A DNA stretch of 64,000 nucleotides from an uncultured Bacteroidia bacterium (GTDB taxonomy: Bacteria > CAIWAD01 > BS150m-G50): positions 16,581 through 80,580 of the forward strand of contig CAZCRT010000007.1 of the NCBI GenBank assembly GCA_964501185.1, in the 5' to 3' direction. The position numbers were made by a program, and so were the translations under genes. Below the pieces are notes generated by a model that made no database searches, was not told the origin of the DNA, and saw only the letters and a program-made list of their open reading frames with translations. This document shows positions 57,294 through 64,000 of this stretch, one piece after another; the stretch's first letter is position 1; the number at the start of each line of letters is the position of its first letter.

Positions 57294-59090
57294 ATGGCCC
57301 TCAATAATAGAAATTTCTCCATCATTGCCCATATCGACCATGGGAAATCCACAATTGCAGACCGGCTCCTGGAGCTGACCGGGACTGTTGCTCCCTCAAA
57401 AATGCGCAAGCAGGTGCTCGACGACATGGAGCTCGAGCAGGAGCGTGGCATCACTATCAAGGCACATGCTGTCACCATGGCTTACAGGGCTGACGATGGT
57501 AATGAGTATACCCTGAACCTGATCGACACACCGGGACATGTTGACTTCAGTTATGAAGTTTCACGCAGCCTGGCTGCCTGTGAAGGGGTGTTGCTTGTGG
57601 TTGACGCCACGCAGGGAATTGAAGCACAGACTCTCTCCAACCTCTATCTGGCGCTTGAACACGATCTGCAGATTATTCCAATTATCAACAAAATAGACCT
57701 CCCCAGCGCACAGCCGGATGTTGTTCGGCATCAGATTGTAGAACTGCTCGGTTGTGAGGCAGAAGAGGTGATAGCAGTTTCCGCCAAGACAGGTGAAAAC
57801 TGTCACGACATTCTGGAAGCGGTTGTCAGATCAACGCCACCACCTGTCCTTCGGGATGATGATCCCCTGCAGGTATTGATATTCGATTCTGTATTTGACA
57901 GCTATCGTGGTGTGATCGCTTTTGTAAGAGTGATGGCAGGCAGGATACAGAAGGGAGATCTGGTTCGACTGTTCTCCAACGAGCGCAAATTCAGTGTTGA
58001 TGAGGTCGGCATACTGCAGCTGGAACGGAAACCAGATGAACAGCTGACATCAGGTGATGTGGGTTATGTGATAACCGGTGCCAAAGATGTCAAGGATATC
58101 AAGGTCGGGGATACCATGACCCATTTCCGTGACGGCGCTGTGGAAAGACTCCCCGGCTATCAGGATCCAAAACCGATGGTTTTTGCCGGGATTTATCCGG
58201 TCAATACTGATGACTATGAACTGTTGAGGGATTCTCTTGCTAAACTGGTACTCAACGATGCTTCATTGACATACATCCCCGAGACATCGACAGCACTCGG
58301 ATTTGGATTCCGTTGTGGTTTTCTCGGCCTGTTGCATATGGAAATCATCCAGGAGCGGCTGGACCGGGAATATGAGATAGATATTATCACTACGGTTCCC
58401 AATGTCGAATACCGTCTCAAACTGCCTCAGGAAGACTGGCGTGTGATCGATAATCCCGCAGAGTTTCCCCGTCAGGCAAAGGTGGATGATGTGGAGGAAC
58501 CTTACATCACTGCCTCAATTATCACGCACAGCGACTATATCGGCAACCTGATGAAACTGACGATGGAGCGGCGCGGTGTCTATATCTCTACCGAGTACAT
58601 TGACCAGCAGCGAGTGAATCTGAAGTATGAGCTTCCACTGGCTGAAGTTGTTTTCGATTTCTATGACCGCCTGAAAACCGTTTCCCGGGGTTATGCTTCG
58701 CTCGATTATGAACTGACTGATAATCGAAGTGGCAAACTGGTACGGTTGGATATTCTACTCAATGGAGATCCGATTGACGCACTCTCCATGATTGTGCATC
58801 AGGATCGGGCGTTTGAGTGGGGGAATAAGCTGACTATCAAGCTGAAGGAGCTGATACCAAGGCAGCAATTTGATGTTGCGGTGCAGGCGGCTATCGGAAC
58901 CAAGATTATCGCTCGCACAACTGTGAAAGCGCTACGCAAGAATGTTACAGCCAAGTGCTATGGTGGTGATATTACCCGTAAACGCAAACTGCTTGCCAAA
59001 CAGAAGGCCGGTAAAAAGCGGATGAAACAGGTTGGCAATGTGGAAGTACCGCAGGAAGCGTTTTTGGCCATGCTAAAAGTCGAACGGTAG
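57294..59090 (+). CDS. lepA: Elongation factor 4 (LepA)
   Basis: [73 protein letters not shown]. Confidence 0.99.
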   Translation: MALNNRNFSIIAHIDHGKSTIADRLLELTGTVAPSKMRKQVLDDMELEQERGITIKAHAVTMAYRADDGNEYTLNLIDTPGHVDFSYEVSRSLAACEGVLLVVDATQGIEAQTLSNLYLALEHDLQIIPIINKIDLPSAQPDVVRHQIVELLGCEAEEVIAVSAKTGENCHDILEAVVRSTPPPVLRDDDPLQVLIFDSVFDSYRGVIAFVRVMAGRIQKGDLVRLFSNERKFSVDEVGILQLERKPDEQLTSGDVGYVITGAKDVKDIKVGDTMTHFRDGAVERLPGYQDPKPMVFAGIYPVNTDDYELLRDSLAKLVLNDASLTYIPETSTALGFGFRCGFLGLLHMEIIQERLDREYEIDIITTVPNVEYRLKLPQEDWRVIDNPAEFPRQAKVDDVEEPYITASIITHSDYIGNLMKLTMERRGVYISTEYIDQQRVNLKYELPLAEVVFDFYDRLKTVSRGYASLDYELTDNRSGKLVRLDILLNGDPIDALSMIVHQDRAFEWGNKLTIKLKELIPRQQFDVAVQAAIGTKIIARTTVKALRKNVTAKCYGGDITRKRKLLAKQKAGKKRMKQVGNVEVPQEAFLAMLKVER

Positions 59091-59446
59091 GCACAGAAAT
59101 GGTAGTGCATAGCGAGGGCGATTAATAGTGTAGCAGGTTTGAGACTGCTGACAGTCGATGGTTTGGCGATGTTAAAAGTAGAGCGCTAGTCTCAAGAACT
59201 ATCACGCATGGCCAAAGCGATTGAATCGATGGGTCGTTCTAAATATCTGACTGTCGATGGTTTAGCGATGCTAAAAGTAGAACGGTAGGTTCAGAAACTA
59301 TCGTTCATCGCTAAAGCGATTGAGCCTTCGGGTTGTTCATTGAGTGGTAGACTCGCTGGCCTCGCCATGCTTAAGGTGGAGCGGTAGGCACAGAAGTGAT
59401 AGTGTATGTCAAGGGCGATTGATAGTGTAGCAGGTTTGAAACTGTG
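59064..59446 (+). repeat. Degenerate array with an exact 99-bp period, each unit carrying a copy of the lepA 3' end (LAMLKVER*)
   Basis: LAMLKVER* blocks start at 59064 (native), 59163, 59262 and 59361. A partial unit follows to about 59446. Confidence 0.9.
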
Positions 59447-59540
59447 ATTATTGACCATTATTCAAGGAACAAAAAACAGTTGTCATGCATCTTATTAGCG
59501 TAGCAACAGGCATAACAACTGAACAGATAGCGGAGCAAAT

Positions 59541-60302
59541 GTGAACATCATCAGAAAATACCTCGATTGGCGCAGGCGGCGGAAGATATTTCTGAAGGAG
59601 CGGGCCAAACGTCGTGGCCCATTGCTTGAATGGCTGGATACGATCGTATCAGTGACAGTCACCGTCTTTCTTATTCGCACAGTAGCGGTAGAAGCCTATC
59701 GGGTACCGACCGGTTCAATGGAGAAGACAATTCTACCTGGTGATTTTCTGCTGGTGAATAAATTTCTCTACGGAATCCGCACACCGGAGTGGATTGGTGT
59801 TCCCTTCACTGATTTTGGATTTGACCTGCCGGTCTACCGTTTTCCCTCGTTTGTTGAGCCGGATCGGGGTGATGTCATCGTTTTCAAATATCCCCGCGAC
59901 CCTGATGTAAACTTCATCAAGCGTTGTGTTGCCCTGCCGGGGGATACCCTGGAGATACGTAACAAGCAGCTCTACATCAACGGTGACATGAGCGCACTGG
60001 ACTCACATGCACAGTTTGTTTCGGATCGTATCATGCCCGCCGGGTATAATGATCAGCGGATCTCACCGGCAGGAATGGGAAACAAAGATAACTATGGACC
60101 GGTGATTGTACCACCGGATCAGTTTTTTATGATGGGTGACAATCGGGATAACAGTGAGGATTCACGATTCTGGGGATTTCTTCCACGAGAAAACATTGTT
60201 GGTAAGGCCTGGATCATATATTTTTCCTGGGAACAACGTTATTCACCCTGGCTGCTCTACAAGAAGATTCGCTGGAGCCGCCTGCTGGATGTGATGAGAT
60301 AA
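59541..60302 (+). CDS. lepB: Signal peptidase I
   Basis: VPTGSME.T...GD.LLVNKF, RGDVIVF, FIKRC, FMMGDNRDNSEDSRFWG. Confidence 0.97.
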   Translation: MNIIRKYLDWRRRRKIFLKERAKRRGPLLEWLDTIVSVTVTVFLIRTVAVEAYRVPTGSMEKTILPGDFLLVNKFLYGIRTPEWIGVPFTDFGFDLPVYRFPSFVEPDRGDVIVFKYPRDPDVNFIKRCVALPGDTLEIRNKQLYINGDMSALDSHAQFVSDRIMPAGYNDQRISPAGMGNKDNYGPVIVPPDQFFMMGDNRDNSEDSRFWGFLPRENIVGKAWIIYFSWEQRYSPWLLYKKIRWSRLLDVMR

Positions 60303-60327
60303 GCTGAACTGTTGACGGAGTAGACTG

Positions 60328-60696
60328 ATGCAGATACAGGTTTTGCGTGCCAAACTTCACCAGGCACGGGTAACACAGGCCAATCTCGAATACCATGGTT
60401 CTCTCTCTCTCGATGAAGATATCATGGATCGTGCCGGTATTCGGCGTTATGAGAAAGTGCTTATCGGCAATATGACCAATGGGCAACGGCTGGAAACATA
60501 CGCCATACCTGCCCCTCGTGGTTCACGCGAGGTGGGTGCCAATGGTGGTGCAGCCCGGCTCTGTGCCACGGGTGACAGACTGGTAGTCATGACTTTCGGG
60601 CTGGTGGATGAGCAGGAGGAGTATCATCCACAGGTGCTGGTGCTGGATAGTGATAACAATATCATCGAAGAGCTGGACTACGACCCGGCACCCTGA
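60328..60696 (+). CDS. panD: Aspartate 1-decarboxylase
   Basis: AKLHQARVT.ANLEYHGS, NGQRLETYAI, NGGAAR, GDRLVV. Confidence 0.95.
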   Translation: MQIQVLRAKLHQARVTQANLEYHGSLSLDEDIMDRAGIRRYEKVLIGNMTNGQRLETYAIPAPRGSREVGANGGAARLCATGDRLVVMTFGLVDEQEEYHPQVLVLDSDNNIIEELDYDPAP

Positions 60697-60723
60697 TACA
60701 TGGTGTTGATAACATGAATTACG

Positions 60724-60749
60724 AAAGAGAGGCGCTGTCTCTCTTTTTT
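60724..60749 (+). terminator. Putative Rho-independent terminator after panD
   Basis: GAGAGGC-GCT-GTCTCTC followed by TTTTTT. Confidence 0.7.
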
Positions 60750-60849
60750 GTGATCTGTTTTCCTGTTTATGCTCAACCCGGAATGATAGTGCGAAGCGAT
60801 TTACTCCTGGATAGAATAAGCTCTACCTGCTTCATCATAAGGAGCCATT

Positions 60850-62148
60850 TTGACTCCCCTCCCACAAACGACAGATTCATACACGCTTCCCGAACTTCTG
60901 TCTCCGGCCGGTAATCTGGAGAAGCTGCGGATTGCGATAGCTTATGGAGCTGACGCGGTTTACGCTGGCGGTCCGAGCTGGGGTTTGCGGGCCAGGGCAG
61001 GGAATTTCACTCTACAGGAACTGGAACAGGGGCTGCAGGAGGCCCATGCTGCCGGCTGTCAGGTTTATCTGACCCTTAACTCCTTTCTGGAGTCCGCTGA
61101 CTGGGGTCCTTTGAAAGAACATATAACCTATCTCAATCACCTGAATCCTGACGCGCTGATAGTATCCGATCCTGCACTTGTGCAACTGCTGAAGCGGGAA
61201 ACCGATATTCCGCTTCATATCTCAACGCAGACCTCCTGTGCCAACAGTGCCGCCATGGATTTCTGGGAGGAGCTGGGAGCCAGCCGGGTAGTCCTGGCGC
61301 GGGAGTTATCGCTGAAGGATCTACACAGTCTGCGCGCAGAATCGGGAATGGAACTGGAACTGTTTGTACAGGGCGCGATGTGCAGTTCCTGGTCCGGAAA
61401 GTGTACAATCAGTAATTATCTTTCCGGGGGCGACGCTAATCGTGGTGGCTGTACACATCCCTGTCGCTGGGATTATGAAATTCCCTCATCAGGGAAAGGG
61501 CAGTTCCTTTTCAGCCGCGAACTCAACATGCTGACCGGGCTACCGGAACTGCTGGAAACCGGTGTCAACAGCCTGAAGATTGAAGGTCGGATGCGCTCGC
61601 TCCATTACGTGGCAACCATGACCCGCATCTATCGTCAGGCTCTCGATCATATTCGCCAGCGACGGCAGCAGAACGCAGAGCCTGAACCGGAACTGCTGAT
61701 GGAACTGTCTGGAGAGGTGGCAGCTCTCGGCAACCGTGAGTATACCAGTGGCAGTTATCATCAACGTGCCGGACGAGAATCGATTTCCCGCCGTGGTGCT
61801 ACTGAAAAGCCACAACTGCGTTATATCGGGCGCCGGGTAGCAGGAGAGCCGGATAACAGCTGGTTTGCCATAACGTCCCCTTTTGACCCGGTGACGACAC
61901 GTGAGCAGTTGGAGGTGGTGAGCAGGGCCGCTATTGAAGGTGTGAGCAATGACCGGAGTGGAGCTGCTTCAGGCAGCGCTGCTCAGACGATAATACTGAC
62001 TGACCGGGGCTCACTTTCCGGACCGCTGGGTGAGCGGCTGCAACAGCTGCACCCGAACAGCATTGTAAGGTTGACCGGCATATTTGATTCCTCTGCAATT
62101 CTGCAGGCGCGGAAGATTACGGTGCCAGAGATGGGGCCGTCGCAATGA
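60850..62148 (+). CDS. Peptidase U32 family protein (TrhP/RlhA-type hydroxylation protein)
   Basis: ELLSPAG, GADAVY.G, HISTQ, VLAREL, C-x6-C-x15-C-x3-C (CSSWSGKC...GCTHPC), LKIEGR. TTG start. Confidence 0.9.
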   Translation: MTPLPQTTDSYTLPELLSPAGNLEKLRIAIAYGADAVYAGGPSWGLRARAGNFTLQELEQGLQEAHAAGCQVYLTLNSFLESADWGPLKEHITYLNHLNPDALIVSDPALVQLLKRETDIPLHISTQTSCANSAAMDFWEELGASRVVLARELSLKDLHSLRAESGMELELFVQGAMCSSWSGKCTISNYLSGGDANRGGCTHPCRWDYEIPSSGKGQFLFSRELNMLTGLPELLETGVNSLKIEGRMRSLHYVATMTRIYRQALDHIRQRRQQNAEPEPELLMELSGEVAALGNREYTSGSYHQRAGRESISRRGATEKPQLRYIGRRVAGEPDNSWFAITSPFDPVTTREQLEVVSRAAIEGVSNDRSGAASGSAAQTIILTDRGSLSGPLGERLQQLHPNSIVRLTGIFDSSAILQARKITVPEMGPSQ

Positions 62149-63332
62149 GTTGGATAACTTTTCTACAATCACCGGAGGATTTCGAGCAGTTATCACCCTT
62201 CAGGTTCTCCCATTGGCTGCTGGAGCATTCCCGTTTCTCGCTGCAGGCTGCCACCCGGGCGGAAGATCCCCATTTTGTACAACTTGCGAAGACGATAAAT
62301 CTGCTGCCCGCAAACACGAGCGTTGCTTTCAATCTCGATCTGATTGCCCTGCCGGAAGACTTCCCGGATATTGAACGGTTGTTGAGTTTCCTGCGTGAGC
62401 AGGGTGTGAACCGTATTCGTGTGCAGGACTTCGGGCTGTTTCATCATCTGCGGAAGAACAGCGATTTTGATCTGGAACTGGACCCGTATACCGGTGGTAA
62501 CCATCCAGCCTGGTGGGAGTCTTTTGTCAGGTCTGCCGGTTCCCGTCTGCGAGTGATGCATCTTCCGGATCAGGTATCACTGGCAGAGGCTGGCAGGTTG
62601 CAGGAACGCTTTCCGGGGCAGGTGGAACTGCTGGCCTGCGGACCGTTACTGATGTATCACAGTCGTCGTCAACTGTTTGATGCTGATGAAGTATCAACTG
62701 AAGGTTGGGTGAGTGGCAGAGAATTACAGCGGCCGGATCAGCAGTTCAGCTGGCGGGCAGGTCCTCATGGTACACTGATGTATCACAACCGGTGGCGCTG
62801 GCTGTTACCGCAACAACTGGAGAATGCTCACCTGAATGAATTGCGATTGCTGTTCGACTGGCGTCGCGCTCCATTGAAACTTGTGGAGGCGGTGATGGGT
62901 TGTTTTCAGCATGCACCCGCTGATACGGCAGAGGTTAAAGCACACATTCTGCGGGATTACGGAATTGAGTTTATCAGCCCTTCATCGCTGGGAGCTGCTA
63001 CCGACAGTACTCCCGCAAATGTTGACACTGTTTCAACAACACCACAGGCGCTTGTTCGCCACCGTGAGGGAAAGAAGTACCTGCTCCTGCAGGCAAAGTC
63101 AGAGTTGGACCTGCAACAGGAATATCTCCTGTCACCACCAGGTGGAGAACCTCGCGCTGCGAGACTGCGTCATCCTCGTGATCTGAATGAGCAACCGATC
63201 GACAGAGTGCCTGCAGGCGGATTATTCCTCATCGACAGTGAAGCTGCCATAGTACCGGGCAGTCGTCTGGATTGCAAAGTAAGCGCCACATCTGAAAACT
63301 GTGGCGGAAACGAGGTCAAGCCTGTAACTTGA
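62145..63332 (+). CDS. Divergent U32-like partner protein
   Basis: RVQDFGL, E.L..G.L.MYHSRR, GTLMY and a C-terminal beta domain. The 4-Cys cluster is absent. Confidence 0.55.
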   Translation: MSWITFLQSPEDFEQLSPFRFSHWLLEHSRFSLQAATRAEDPHFVQLAKTINLLPANTSVAFNLDLIALPEDFPDIERLLSFLREQGVNRIRVQDFGLFHHLRKNSDFDLELDPYTGGNHPAWWESFVRSAGSRLRVMHLPDQVSLAEAGRLQERFPGQVELLACGPLLMYHSRRQLFDADEVSTEGWVSGRELQRPDQQFSWRAGPHGTLMYHNRWRWLLPQQLENAHLNELRLLFDWRRAPLKLVEAVMGCFQHAPADTAEVKAHILRDYGIEFISPSSLGAATDSTPANVDTVSTTPQALVRHREGKKYLLLQAKSELDLQQEYLLSPPGGEPRAARLRHPRDLNEQPIDRVPAGGLFLIDSEAAIVPGSRLDCKVSATSENCGGNEVKPVT

Positions 63333-63338
63333 TGCCTA

Positions 63339-64000
63339 ATGGATTATGATCCGATCAAAGACAAACTGGGACGCCTGCTCGGCTCCTTTCCAGGTGGCTA
63401 TCGCCTGCTTTTCGGCCTGCTCAACCGGGTGTTTCTGCGCTCCTGGTATGTGCGCCGGGAGCTGAGACGGCTGGCCGGGAGCAAACAACCTGCTACCATA
63501 CTGGACGCTGGCACCGGCTTTGGACAGTACACCTGGTTCATGCGTCATCTTTTTCCACAGGCTGATATCACTGCGGTGGATGTTAAGAAAGAGTATCTGC
63601 AGCGGCTGGAACAGTATTGGGATGGGCATCATCTACCTCCCCGGCTGCAGGTTGCTGATCTGCTGGAGCTTCCATTCAAAGAAGAATTCGACCTGTTAAT
63701 CAATGTAGATGTAATGGAACATATCGAGGATGATCGCAGGGTTCTGCGTAATTTTCAGGAAGCCCTGCTACCGGACGGCCTGCTGCTGCTGCATACACCG
63801 GCACTTGCAGAAGACTCACCGGAGCAACTGGAAAACAGTTTTGTCGGTGAGCATGTGCGGGCCGGCTACCGGCACAGTGAGATACGCACCAAGCTCACTG
63901 AAGCCGGATTCCATGATATCAGGATTACTCCCACCTACCGCTTCTGGGGTGGCCTGGCCTGGCGCCTGCTCCTGCAGTTTCCGCTCCGGACTCTGGATCA
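63339..64000 (+). CDS. Class I SAM-dependent methyltransferase, 3'-truncated at the window end
   Basis: Not in the ORF track. Manual translation from ATG 63339 gives MDYDPIKDKL...ILDAGTGFG...AVD...DVMEHIEDD...LLPDG, open to 64000. Confidence 0.88.
   Translation, partial: MDYDPIKDKLGRLLGSFPGGYRLLFGLLNRVFLRSWYVRRELRRLAGSKQPATILDAGTGFGQYTWFMRHLFPQADITAVDVKKEYLQRLEQYWDGHHLPPRLQVADLLELPFKEEFDLLINVDVMEHIEDDRRVLRNFQEALLPDGLLLLHTPALAEDSPEQLENSFVGEHVRAGYRHSEIRTKLTEAGFHDIRITPTYRFWGGLAWRLLLQFPLRTLD

Noticed and set aside
59088-59399. Amber recoding that would extend LepA (five in-frame TAGs before the first TGA at 59397)
   Set aside because: TAG is clearly used as a stop elsewhere: purE TAG directly abuts the rfbD ATG, and fusA, frr and accA also end in TAG. 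Local readthrough is not excluded but has no support.
59064-59446. CRISPR array or integron attC cassette array interpretation of the lepA repeats
   Set aside because: The repeats are degenerate and the spacers are homologous to each other. There are no cas or intI genes in the window and no RYYYAAC...GTTRRRY boxes.
59064-59446. An antisense ORF explaining the third-position bias
   Set aside because: All three minus-strand frames contain stops within the array, for example plus-strand CTA at 59186-59188 in the frame sharing wobble positions.

Overview
Core-genome window from an apparently anaerobic, diderm bacterium. FlgD/T9SS-type C-terminal domains, a PorZ-like protein, DUF2723, DUF4837 and DUF1844 suggest a candidate lineage allied to the FCB group such as Cloacimonetes, Delongbacteria or Marinimicrobia (inference only). 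In order, the window holds: a partial repetitive surface protein; a DUF134/NifX-like/COG1149 Fe-S ATPase operon; GNAT; a PorZ-like gene with recN-dnaE-dtd; outer-membrane barrels, lipoproteins and a secreted metallophosphoesterase; murC-dapF; a DUF151 operon; a degenerate acyl-CoA-synthetase-like gene coupled to EF-G2, HIT and a PPIase; a polyprenol-sugar/GT-C glycosylation region; purE, rfbD, accA and endonuclease I; rplM-rpsI, rpsB-tsf-pyrH-frr-lepA-lepB-panD; a U32 pair; and a partial methyltransferase. I found no tRNA, rRNA, cas, integrase or transposase gene. The most unusual feature lies between lepA and lepB. It is an array with an exact 99-bp period in which the last 8 lepA codons plus stop (LAMLKVER*) recur three more times. 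The 14 nucleotide differences are all synonymous, and each copy sits in a hairpin with compensatory changes. A related 24-nt motif occurs in the rpsB-tsf spacer. Other points of interest are several apparent pseudo-enzymes, a convergent pair of paralogous barrels, a second candidate C-terminal export domain and several small inverted-repeat elements.
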